Source of the DNA: a virus
Lineage: Duplodnaviria; Caudoviricetes
Length of the DNA stretch: 64,000 bases
Direction: 5' to 3' (one strand)
IMG/VR virus record: IMGVR_UViG_3300020037_002148
Span: 14,988 to 78,987 of that record
Part shown: positions 28,401-39,100 of the stretch, piece by piece
How the letters are laid out: every line of letters starts with the position of its first letter
Position numbering within the stretch: the first letter of the stretch is position 1
Position numbers and translations under genes: made by a program
Notes under the pieces: generated by a model
The model's database searches: none
What the model saw: only the letters and a program-made list of their open reading frames with translations
What the model was told of the DNA's origin: nothing

Positions 28401-30408
28401 CAATATGATCTAACACTTTCTTTATATCACCTAATTTAGAAACTAAACTTTCAGGATCATTATTATCTTTACCTACTTCATCATAAAATTCTATTAACTC
28501 GTTCATTAAAGGTCTAAAGTGATTTACTTTCTTCTTATAACTCAATAAATTCTGAATAATTTCTCTATTATCAGTTATTTTTTTATTTTTAATTTCATTT
28601 ACTAAACCATTAATTTTAGATTGTAAATTAAAATCTCCAGTAATAAATGTTTTATGTAATTCAGTTACATATAAAGCTAATCTACTTGCAGCTACAAAAT
28701 CTTTATTTTCAATAACTCTTAACATTCTCTTTAAATCCTTAATACTATAAGTAGTATTTTCAGTTGAAATATGTTCTAATAAAGCAATTTCATTTTTAAT
28801 TGCTAATACAACATTACTTACATTTTGTTCAAATTGAGTTTCATAAGTGTTAGCAATTCTAAAATTATGTTTTGAATCTATATTAGTTTTATTTAAATAA
28901 GTAGTATTTAATTGTAGAGGAAAATGTTTTTCAACATTAATTTTACTAACTTCATTTCCAGTGGTTTCTACAATATGAATAGGTAATATTTGTATAGGTT
29001 TAGAATCTTTAAGTGGAATACCTCTGGATTCTAATATACCTGCATACATAGATAATTGAGCTTCATGTTTTTCTTTTTTAGAACCTCTATCATTTTGAAA
29101 TGCTTTATCATATCTATTAGTATATTCTTCTCCACTTTCACCTACTTTAGTATAATCTTCAAAATATCTACCATTAAATTTAGTTGGATTAACACTTGAT
29201 TTTAAATCTATAATTTCACTATTACCAAATTCATCTACTAATATTAAATCAGCAGTACCTCCAATTTTCTCTCCTTCATTATAAAGAAATACTTGTGGAA
29301 TTGCTACTTTAGTAGGATTTTGTTTTAAAAAGTTATTAAATTCATAAATAAGTTTATTAGTGATTTCTTCATTTATCTGACTTTCTTCACCTCTTTTATT
29401 TCTAAGTTTTTCTATAGTGGATAAAACATTTTCTAATTGATTTTCATCAAATCTAAATTGAATTACACTTCTAAGAATGTCATCAATTTGATTCCCCCAA
29501 ATTCTATTATTTTCATATTTAGATTCATCAAATTTATCATCAAATTTAAATCTTTCATCTTTACCTATAATAGTAGAAGCTCTATCTAATACAGTATTAT
29601 TTTTAAGTATATAATTCTTTTCTGTAGTACCACTTAAATCACTTGACATAGACATTAACTTCTCTGCATTTCTCTTTTGTTCAAATGTAGTATTAATATG
29701 TTCAAATTGTTGAGTGACAAGTGTATTTACTTCTTCACTCCAATCATTTTCTTTAAAAGTATCATCTTTAATTCCATTTTGTTTTCCAAGATTATTGAAG
29801 AAATTAAGACTATCTGTAATATCATTTGATTGAATTTTTTGAAAAAGTAAATCATCTGGAAATAAATCTTGATCTTGTACATATCCCCCAAATGAATTAG
29901 TTTGTCTTTTAACCTCACTTCTAATTAAACTTCTTGGATATTTTTTAGCTACTTCTTTTAAAGCTGCTATTTTAGTGTTAATTAAAGCTTGTTCTGTGTA
30001 TTCTTTTTGAGGAGTGTTAGGAGTTAAACTTGGGTAAGTTCCATTTTTAATATTTAATTCTGCTTGAATATTCTTAATACTTTCTTTTAAATTATCTTTA
30101 GTTTGAGTTGGTTGAATACCATTAGTTTCTATTTTAAATAAATTGATAGCTTCTTCTAAAGTAATTTCTTTTATTTTATCAGTTAAATTCTTTAAATAAA
30201 ACTTACCGTTTTCTTTAAAAACTTCTCCTTGTACAAATCTTTTTTCTCTACCAGAATACGCTGTAAATTTATCAGGTAAATTTTTATTTAAATTAATTTC
30301 AGGTTTAACTAACTTACCATATTTATCTATTCCCTTTTCTTTGTATAGAATAGACTGTAACTCTTCTTTAGAGTACCAATTATTATTATATTTATATTTA
30401 CAAGCCAT
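25465..30408 (-). CDS. large virion ejection protein (RNAP-associated) containing a PD-(D/E)XK nuclease domain
   Basis: 1647 aa, downstream of the RNAP gene; GGTADLILVD...IIDLKS and QLSMYA; hydrophobic C-terminal helices. Confidence 0.65.
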   Translation of the reverse strand: MACKYKYNNNWYSKEELQSILYKEKGIDKYGKLVKPEINLNKNLPDKFTAYSGREKRFVQGEVFKENGKFYLKNLTDKIKEITLEEAINLFKIETNGIQPTQTKDNLKESIKNIQAELNIKNGTYPSLTPNTPQKEYTEQALINTKIAALKEVAKKYPRSLIRSEVKRQTNSFGGYVQDQDLFPDDLLFQKIQSNDITDSLNFFNNLGKQNGIKDDTFKENDWSEEVNTLVTQQFEHINTTFEQKRNAEKLMSMSSDLSGTTEKNYILKNNTVLDRASTIIGKDERFKFDDKFDESKYENNRIWGNQIDDILRSVIQFRFDENQLENVLSTIEKLRNKRGEESQINEEITNKLIYEFNNFLKQNPTKVAIPQVFLYNEGEKIGGTADLILVDEFGNSEIIDLKSSVNPTKFNGRYFEDYTKVGESGEEYTNRYDKAFQNDRGSKKEKHEAQLSMYAGILESRGIPLKDSKPIQILPIHIVETTGNEVSKINVEKHFPLQLNTTYLNKTNIDSKHNFRIANTYETQFEQNVSNVVLAIKNEIALLEHISTENTTYSIKDLKRMLRVIENKDFVAASRLALYVTELHKTFITGDFNLQSKINGLVNEIKNKKITDNREIIQNLLSYKKKVNHFRPLMNELIEFYDEVGKDNNDPESLVSKLGDIKKVLDHIDNQYKRTITPFMVENFKQFTDNEEFTKDFQKKIDKIQNEINEAQIELLEINKKTGGVGNNKSKKLEKKIGNLKDKIKIKTRTLTTTEEDITRQLKDGMDEDISFAQMWLMAPQDAPNVFVAGASQIIDNNDNELRQHLMELQEEFLPVYKEYARTREGIRNNPKEFNDGLFEIITLGYFDPVSKEFIERQEVAYVQKTDITKFNKEKKEFQESIKNIEDRNEYWKKLNDWYSQNTKPIAAKDEVINGVVIKQGYLSVIKDKMKDVENKLISEKQFNDWKIASFKMDKYGNIIEVRNDTKEGKELREPNDKFINDKWTAIQNGGDIPKLNFYNMLISQAHKSRQLLPQQLSQEEKYILPYNNKVGLEKSQDGIGKFVKDKWDRAFNEVGSDTKMQYGETTESGLKVIPTMYTSKIALEDVSLDLAQSTLLFAKEALQYESRVKLEPLMSALQIAIATNKPKKTDSKGKLVLKKFAEELNLPGLDAYVDSSESNVEAFFKYYIDHAIYGISREKSMVNIPVLGETDLHSLVDTLSGVIANTSMGLPFGLFSNVANYLQGGAQNMIESHAQQFVDKATLAWANKEYASFSNDFIKDVVDPIPETFIGQLIEIVDPFMGEFKDKFGRKISKSKARILMNSSPLMFLQSLGEHNVQLTMMLALMKTTKLKDEHGSDTNLYEVYKNAWNPETKKIEIKNNILSQLGSTTSNGLLSNTFKNKLNYVLQSTHGNYSKMTAPMANKFWYSRVIKFMRNFMANSIAKRWRGERKNFRVMDITEGYNRTFYRLMREEFKEMVKVGFGFHTSKDGILNSVLKTDTSTLTPKELANLRRNAMDMAFILMTSILIAGLTGMMKAAGDDDEKARIAMLLAPMMRLNAELSAFGQLGDINRKGLPDIGDIKRNLSTPSVMYGYVTKTVSFLEQVPQDFFNLALTGDVERYEKATGYYEKGDSKIMAKFLKLFGASPSKMDLGESIKSLQMQQNK

Positions 30409-30409
30409 A

Positions 30410-31150
30410 TTAATTATTATTTATTTTGTCCCAAAGATAAACTCTTGATTTTTTATACAATATATTTTCTATTTGCTTACCTAACTTATATTTTTCTCTT
30501 ATCTCTTTAACAGATAAACCATTAATTCTATCTTTTATAGCTTCTATTAATAATTCATCAGAATATTTAGTTAAATGTCTTGACTGTATTTTTGTATTAT
30601 TAATTAAATGCTTCTCTTCATCAGGAATAATATAATCAGAAACATCCACCCAAGTTCTATGAGATTTTATACTTTGTATTGTGTTTTGCGCTACATTAAA
30701 CATTTTAGATATTTCTAAAGCAGTTTTATTGTAAGCAATTAATTTTTTAATTTCAGTTACCTGGTCTTTATTTAGTATATATCTTCCATTTTCAACTCTA
30801 TTTTCCTTATCTTCTTTATGTTTTTTAGAAATAGATTTACTTAAATTTTCAAATCCTTTTGTTTTTATATATTTACCTGCTTTTTTACATATATTAAAAG
30901 GAGGGTTTAAATTGTCTAAAAACCATTGTTCTAATTTTACTAAATATATATCTGGGCAAATTGCTATTATTTCAAATTTAAAATTATTAATTCCATGCTT
31001 ATTATAACTATTTTGTAATTTAATTGAAGAATGTTTGTTTCTTTTTAATTGATTAAAATGTTGCCATTCTCTGTTTTTTAAATTACAAGAACTACCAATA
31101 TAAAATTTATTATTTACAAGATTAGTTATTTTATATATACCGCTTAACAT
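30410..31150 (-). CDS. free-standing GIY-YIG homing endonuclease
   Basis: GIYKITNLVNNKFYIGSS...RE..H...EQ..LD...FN; C-terminal HTH-like repeats. Confidence 0.88.
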   Translation of the reverse strand: MLSGIYKITNLVNNKFYIGSSCNLKNREWQHFNQLKRNKHSSIKLQNSYNKHGINNFKFEIIAICPDIYLVKLEQWFLDNLNPPFNICKKAGKYIKTKGFENLSKSISKKHKEDKENRVENGRYILNKDQVTEIKKLIAYNKTALEISKMFNVAQNTIQSIKSHRTWVDVSDYIIPDEEKHLINNTKIQSRHLTKYSDELLIEAIKDRINGLSVKEIREKYKLGKQIENILYKKSRVYLWDKINNN

Positions 31151-33177
31151 TCTTTTTCTAATTTATTTATAAAATTGTTAACTTCTTCTAATCTTTTTTG
31201 TTGTAAAATTTTATTTACATTTTCAATAATTTTCTTAGTTTGGTATGGAACATCATCATCTGCTTCAAGTTCAAAGTTACTAAAATTTAATGATATAGCT
31301 AACTCGTTGTGGTGGTGTGATAAATCATCTACAATAGAAGCAAGATTTGGTTGAACAGTAGTTACATTACTTAAAGAAGGATATTTAGTATAACTAACTC
31401 CAAGTAATTCAGACTTTTTATCCTTATTTACTTTTTCGGAAGCATCCCAAACACTGCCACTATATACATCTGTGTTAGCAGCCCATAATATATCATTAGA
31501 TTGTGGATATAGTTTAAACTTAATCTTACCACCACCACCTTCTAAATGTCCTATTTGTTTATCAATAGGTTTAGTATATGCAGATATTGCAAATTTACCA
31601 CCAGCTTTTTCATTATCTTCTATATGAGATAATAAATTTTGCATCATAAGATTTACATCAAAATTAGAATAAGCTCCTACAACAGAACTAAACTCTTGAC
31701 CTCTTGAATATATTTCTTCAGGATTATATTGAATGTTATTTACTCTTTTCCATTCTTCTATAATTTCTTTAGATTGTTCATATTCTTTGTTTTTTTCTAT
31801 GAAGCCTTCTACACCTGCTTTATTTATATAATTATCAGATAAATTAGAATTCCATAAAGTAAGAATATCATCATCCAACATTATTCTATTAGTATCTTCA
31901 ATATACCATTTTCCAGCTTTTTTATTATAAGTAGTATTGTCAAACTCATCAACAAATTTATTTACAGGTATTTCACTTGCTTTTTCTACTTTTTTTCTTA
32001 TATTTAAACTAACATTATCTAAATCAACATCTTCAACACTTTTAGTTAATTGACCAATGTGTTTACTTGCTTCTTGATAAGTTTTAAATGTTTGATTATC
32101 AGGAGTGGTATATTCTACTTCATATCCAGGTAATATAAGTTTACTATTAGAATAGGCTAATAAATCAGCTAAATCATTAATAGTCATATTATCAGGTAAT
32201 TTATCTATTTCTACTTCTTTTTGAAATAAAATATCTTTCATAAAAGATTTTATTTCTTTTAATAATCTTTTAAGTAAAGATATTAGTTTACCATCTTTAA
32301 CAGCATCAAGTTTTTCAGCAGTCATCATTCCTAGGAGTTCTACAATGGCTTCTTCTTGTTGTTCTTCTAAAGTATATTCTGTTTTATTAGGATTTTCTTT
32401 TTGATATTTTTTAGCCTTTTGTTCATCATTAAATGTTTTACCATCTATTTTATACACATATTCTTGTACCCCAAAAACATCATCTTCTAAAGTAATTTCT
32501 TTTAGATTTTCTTTATATTGATAATCCCTCTTAACCCTATCTAATACTTCTTTACCTTTACCATATTCAAGTTCTTTGAGTAGGTTTTGGTATAATTCAG
32601 CTTTAGGGTTAGTTTGAATAGTTTTATCATATCTGTATATAATAGTTCCATCAGGAGCATCATAAGCTGCTAAATATCTTATTCCATTTTTTTCTATAAC
32701 TTGATTTTTCTCAATAATTTTATCAGCATCTTTTTCAGTAAGATTTTCTTCTATTTGAAACTTACTACCATTTTTAATAGCTCTAATAATAGGATGTCCT
32801 AATATTTCATGTATTGGAGTGTCTAATGTTGCATAAGCTAAATTAATATAAGCTACATTATTTTCAATTTTACCTTTATAATCTTTACTTCTATCAGATT
32901 CTATTTTATAAGGAATACCTATTCTATCAGACATTCTAGCTGCTAAATCTCTAATAGTTTTTTCTGAAGCTATTTGTCCTTCATTGGATTGAGTTTGTTT
33001 TTGAAAAGAAGTATTTCTACCTATTTGATTTTCCATCCATAATTTAGAAGGAAATTCATCCAATCTATTATTACTTTCTTGCCATAGAGATACTATACCA
33101 CCTATATATTCAGGTGTTTTACTAAACTCTTTAGCCCAATCTTGTATTTGTTGATTACTTATATTTGTACAATGCAT
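31144..33177 (-). CDS. virion ejection protein with a zincin-like metallopeptidase motif
   Basis: HEILGH at 32794-32811 and downstream EEAIVELLG; directly follows the RNAP gene. Confidence 0.55.
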   Translation of the reverse strand: MHCTNISNQQIQDWAKEFSKTPEYIGGIVSLWQESNNRLDEFPSKLWMENQIGRNTSFQKQTQSNEGQIASEKTIRDLAARMSDRIGIPYKIESDRSKDYKGKIENNVAYINLAYATLDTPIHEILGHPIIRAIKNGSKFQIEENLTEKDADKIIEKNQVIEKNGIRYLAAYDAPDGTIIYRYDKTIQTNPKAELYQNLLKELEYGKGKEVLDRVKRDYQYKENLKEITLEDDVFGVQEYVYKIDGKTFNDEQKAKKYQKENPNKTEYTLEEQQEEAIVELLGMMTAEKLDAVKDGKLISLLKRLLKEIKSFMKDILFQKEVEIDKLPDNMTINDLADLLAYSNSKLILPGYEVEYTTPDNQTFKTYQEASKHIGQLTKSVEDVDLDNVSLNIRKKVEKASEIPVNKFVDEFDNTTYNKKAGKWYIEDTNRIMLDDDILTLWNSNLSDNYINKAGVEGFIEKNKEYEQSKEIIEEWKRVNNIQYNPEEIYSRGQEFSSVVGAYSNFDVNLMMQNLLSHIEDNEKAGGKFAISAYTKPIDKQIGHLEGGGGKIKFKLYPQSNDILWAANTDVYSGSVWDASEKVNKDKKSELLGVSYTKYPSLSNVTTVQPNLASIVDDLSHHHNELAISLNFSNFELEADDDVPYQTKKIIENVNKILQQKRLEEVNNFINKLEKEC

Positions 33178-33178
33178 A

Positions 33179-36100
33179 TTATGATTTTAATGAATAACAT
33201 TTTTTGGTTTTATCTTCTATTTCTTGTTTACTTTTCCCTGCTTTAACCATAAAGTTATTAGCAACTCTTTCTAATTCCTCAATAGTTCTATTTTTAGTGC
33301 CTTCTAAAGTTACTTTAGTTATTGCTGAATATTGATTAATTAAATTAATAAAATTTAATCTTACTTCAGTTTCATCTTTAGCTTTTTCCTTAGTTTTATT
33401 AAACATATTCATTTTCACTTTCTCTGTTTGTTCAGGTGAAAGTACCATGTCTAATTGATCTTTAATACTATTAGTTAAAGAAGATATTTCACCACTACCT
33501 AATATAATATGTTGATTATATAATGCTTTAGTTCCTTCAATATAACCATTTTCAAATTGATTAGCAATAGCTTTAGCTATATTTACTAATCTTTCTCTAC
33601 CATTTTTATATGTTTTTAATTTAGCATCATTATTAATAATCTCATAAATAGTATTATTAAATAAATCACCATAATAAATATCACCTTTTAAAGATTCTTT
33701 ACTTGAGTTACTAAGTTCTAGCACTTTACCTTCAGGTGATATTTGAAAATTAATCCAACTACCATCAACTTGAATACTATCTTGTACAGCAGTTAATTTT
33801 AAAGGTATTCTAGCACTATTTTTACCAGATAAATAAGTTATTATAGGAAATCCTATTTTACTATAAGGAATAATTTTATCACCTGATTTATATGTTTTAG
33901 CTATTTTTTTAAATATAACTATTTCATCTCTTAAAATAAATTTTTTATTTTCTTTTTTAATTTGAGATTTTTGTTCAGGTTTCATTCCTTTAGTAATTCT
34001 TGCAAATTGATTTACTACTAAAGTGTTATTTTTACTATCAAAGAATATAGGGTAATTATCTTCCAATACTAACTCCTCTTTTTCATTAGTATCACTTTCA
34101 TTATCATTTACAAAATCCTCACTTTCAATTTTATTATCTTTAATCCATTTTTCATCAATTACTTTTCTTAGAACATCAATCTTTTGAGATTTTAAATCAA
34201 AGTAATTATTTTGATTTAATCCAAATTTAATTATAAAGTCTAAATTCAATTCTTCTTTAGACATTCCAAAAGTTTCTATATATTCTTTACTGGAACTCAT
34301 TTTACTGAATAATTCTTGAACTTTATCTAAAGCATTTGAAGTTTCAGTAAATAATATAGGATCAATAGCTTTTATAAAAGATTGATTTTGAAACATTAAA
34401 CCATCTTTAACTACAAGATATTTAAACATATCCTTAGCAAATTTAGTTTTAAGAGTATTAATTCTTCTAATTTCAGGATCTCTTTCTAAGATATTATTAT
34501 TTTCTGCAAAATATAAATCATTAAAACTCGAAATTATACTTGAAATAATATCTGGATTTTTTAAAGCTCTTGAATTAGCTCCAAAACCATGAAATCTATA
34601 ACCAAATAAAGTATTTTTATTTGCTTGTTTTTTAAGATAATCAATATTTTTTATTTCAAGAAATTCTAAGAAATCATTTTTAATTCCATTTTTATAATTA
34701 TATTCAATTATTTGTAAGAAATTAGTTTGTAATTCATTATTCTCTTTAGTGTTATCTTTAGCAATTTCTTCTAAAGGAGTTAATAAAAATTCTTCAATTT
34801 TAGGAAGTTTATCATCAGTATTTTTAACACTTTCAGCATAAGCCATCACTGTTAAATATGATAAATAATGTTTTCTTAAATTACTTTGAAAATCAACATT
34901 ACCTGCTTTATAATCTTTAAATAAAGTAAGTATATCTTCTCTTGTTTTTTTAGCTGTTGGAGTTTGAGATATAAAATACTTTTCACTTAACTTAGTTAAA
35001 GCTAAAGCTGTTTTAATAGATTGTTTTAAGAATTTATCTTTTTCAAAAATATCACCAACACCATTTCCAATTATCTTAGTAGTATCTTTATAATTTTTAT
35101 AAAATTTATCAGTAGGTTTATCATTTTTTACAATATCTAAACCATTTTCACTAACACTCCATCCTAAATTATTTAAAGCTGTAATAAACTTTTCAGATTC
35201 TGCAAATGTGCTTTTAAAACCTTTAATTAATTGTAATAAATTTTGCAGATTACTAAATACAGTAGATGCTTTTTTATAATGGAAATATTCATTAGAGATT
35301 CTTTTTAAAATAGCTTTTTGATTACTTACAGGTTTTTCTTCTTGAGAAAATAAATCTTTTTGTTCTTGATAGTCACCAAATCTTTCTTTAAATTGTTGTT
35401 CATTAGAAATATCTTGACCACTTTCATTTCTAAAAGTCCATCCTTTAGGAGCTAATATTAGTGTAGGTAAATTTAATTTAAATCCTGCTTTAGCTCCTGC
35501 TTCATCTAAACCTGTTTGTCCTCCAGTTCTAATTCTTTCTATTGGATTTTCTAAATCAGGTGAACTTAAAACAGCTTGTAATAATTCATATACATAATCA
35601 TCTAATTGCTCTTGAGTATATTTACCTTTCATAGTATATATACCATTACCAGCAATGTTTAAAGTCTTAGCTTTAGTTTCATTTAATTGTTCTACAATAT
35701 TATCAACTATTTCTGGAGTTACTTCTAAAGAGTCTTTAATATCAATAGGAATATATTTTTTACTTTGTCCTTCAACAGAAGATTTAGTTAATCTTTCACC
35801 AGCACTTGTAAAATCTACTGCAATAGCTATTGTAGCATCAGCAGAAGCGTTTTTAATAGTTCTTTGTTTATAACCTGTAGATTGTTCTTCTAAAAAAGTA
35901 ATTCCTTTAGAAAATTCTTCTTTAATTACTTCTTTATTTTTCAAAGAATCCAATAAAGTTTGATAATTTAAATCTCCTTCAAATTCAGATTCACCTTCTA
36001 ATTGAAATATACTTTCTACTTTCTTCTGTAATTCTCTATTTCCTTTACTATCATCATAATCTTGTTTAGATTGAATAGTTTTATTATATGATTGAGATAA

Positions 36101-39100
36101 TTCAGAAATCTTTTTAACAATTGGAGATTTCATTAATAACATTACATTATTAAAATTATGACCTACACCAATCATAGCTAAAGCTACAGGAAGTGTTTCA
36201 GTAGTTAAATTAAACAGATTAGCCATTTGCTCTTTAGCATTATCAGTCATTGCTGCTAATAATGTAGCTATACTATCTTGAACTCTTTGAGCATCTTTTT
36301 CATCTACTAATTTATTATTTTCATCTCTTGAATAATTAACAAAAGGTTCTAAATTAATCTTTTCACCTACTTTTCTTTCAATAGTTACTTTATTTTTAAA
36401 TAATATTCCAAAGAGATTATTAAACAAAGCTACTGGTCCAATATTAGCAGCTCCTGTTGAAATAGATATGTCAGCAAGAGTTTTAGAAAGCATATCATGT
36501 ACTCCATATCCTAAATCTTTATTAATTAATCCTTCTCCTTCAAGAGTTTCAATTAAATCTTTAAATAATTTAAGACTTGTAGGTGTATTAGTTATTTTAT
36601 TATTACCATCATTATTAATTAGCTTTCTTTCTAATTCTAATAACATATTATTAGTTTCTCCTTTTGTTAAAGGTTCTATACTATCTATATTACCAGATTG
36701 ATAAGCAATATAATTACTTTCAATTACATCTTTATTTTTATAAGTCCATTCTCCTTTATTGAATATAATTTTATTAATAATGAAAGATTGTTCTAATAAA
36801 GTTAATTCTAAAGATTTAATTTCATCAATGATACCTAATAATTCAGAAGTAGCTGGTTTTACTAATTGTTCTCTAGTAAATACATTTGGTATTTCTTTAA
36901 CTTTTCTTAAACTATTTTCAGCAATAGTTTTTTCTCTGGTTAATTCAATTAATTCTTTACTATTAGTTTTTAAATCATTAAATGTAGAAGATATTTTTTT
37001 ATTATCATAAGCATCAGATAAATATTCATTATATGCTTGTTCTTTAGCTTCTTCCAAAGTTGATTGAAATAAATAACTACCATATATTCCTGTTTTTTTA
37101 TTTAAAACATTTGTATAAGTTTGATTTACTCTTACATATAAAGCATCAATATCAAAGTCAGCTCCAGATAATTCAACAATTTCATTTGGTAACATAATTG
37201 CATTACCATAACTATCAGGTAGTATATCTACTATTTTACAATTAATCATAGAGTGTTTATCTTCTGTTGGAATTCTGACTCCAGATATATATAAAAATTC
37301 TTGAGGTATTTCACCTTTGTGAAATTGATCTGCTGTAAATCCAAATTTCTTTAAGAATCTTTCACTTACTACAATTTCAGAATAATATTCATGTTTTTCT
37401 TTATCATAAACATCATGTCTTAATCTTTGAGAAACAATATTAGCTCCTCTTGGTCTATTATCTCCTTTAGATTGTCTAGTAGTGAATGTTTTAATTACAT
37501 TACCTTCATTATCAATTTCTCTCTCTAATTCACTACCAACACTTGACATTAAAGATAATTTAGAACCAGCAACTTTTTGTTTAAGTGTACCACCACTAAC
37601 AAAAGAAAGGAACATTGATTGAAATTTAGTTTCAATTGCAGGATTATTTAAATTGTATTTAGGTTTGCTACTATTTCCTTGTTGAAATAATTCTAGTTGT
37701 TGAGGATCAGCAGATGATTTTTCAATTGAATCTATAAAACTTTTTAAAAGTAAATCCCATTCAGCATCTCCATTTTCATCTAACATCTCTTTTTTAAGAG
37801 CTTTAAATCCTTTATCAGTTCTTTCAGCTAATTGTTTTTCATAAACATTTAATGCAGTACCAATATTTATTTCTTTATTTTTAAAATAAATTAAAGTTTC
37901 ATTTATTTGTTCAGTAGAAATTAATCTTAAAAATTGAGTAGGATGTGTTATTTGTTTTTTAACTCCATCAGTTTTTTGTTGATCAATTAAACTTGCATTT
38001 GGTACAGAAATTGATGAAATAACTTTTTTACCATTTTCATTTTTATATAAAAAAGGTTGCCCATTACTAATTTCATGTATATTGTATTTACTTCTTTTCC
38101 AAGCACTATCATATACTGCAATAGCATTATTTAATTCCAGTTCATTTAATAAATTATGTTTATATTCTTTACCAGGGATAGCTTCAAATAAATTCTGATA
38201 TTTTTTAGTTAAATAAGTAATATAAGCATTATCAGAAGGTGATGCTTGTAATTTCAAATCAAATAGTTCTTTATGTATTAGAAGAGCTTCTTTAAGATTT
38301 TCTTTTGAATAATTTTTTAATCTTGAAGTTGTTTCTCTTAAAATTGGAGAAATTGAAGTTTTTAAATACCAATCTAAACCAAAACCTTGTGTTTTATTAG
38401 GTTGGTGTTGTGCATTATTATCATAGAGGTAATCATAATCTTCTTTAGTTATTTTTTGTAATTCACCTTCACTATTTATATAATAATTTAAGCCACTATC
38501 AATTCCTTGATATATTTCTTTAATTCTATTATCAATTGATTTAGAATTTAGAATAACTGATAAATGATGAAAAGGAGTATTGAATGTTTGAGCATCTGTA
38601 GTATCAATTTTATTTACTACTTCAGATCTAATAGGGATTATATTTGTAACTCCACTACCATAATTAGAACCACTACCAATCATACCTTTAGCTCTTTTTA
38701 CAAAGTCATTAGCGTTTTTACTAGATGTAGCATTGTCTCCATACATTAAAGAATTAATACCATAAGACATTAAATAGTCATTTAAAAAAGCATTTTTTAA
38801 AGCATTTTTATCTAATTGATTTCCAGAAATAAAAGATTTTGGTAATAAGTTAACTTCACCCTCTTTAAGAAGACCTTTATCTTCTAATAATTTAATATAT
38901 TCGTCAACTTGAAAATCAATAAAATTAGATAATCTTTGTTTAATTTCTTCTTCAGAAAGATCTTTTTCATTTAATTTAGTATTTTTATTAGCAAAGTTAA
39001 ATAACTTTAATCCTTTTGGTATTAAACTATTTAAATTAATTTCTTTTTTTATTGTAGAACCATCCTCTTGTTTTTCATTATAATATAATTCTTCTTTAGA

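Noticed and set aside
30410-31150. GIY-YIG gene as part of a group I intron
   Set aside because: It abuts both neighbours with no non-coding space and no P/Q/R/S elements, so it is free-standing.
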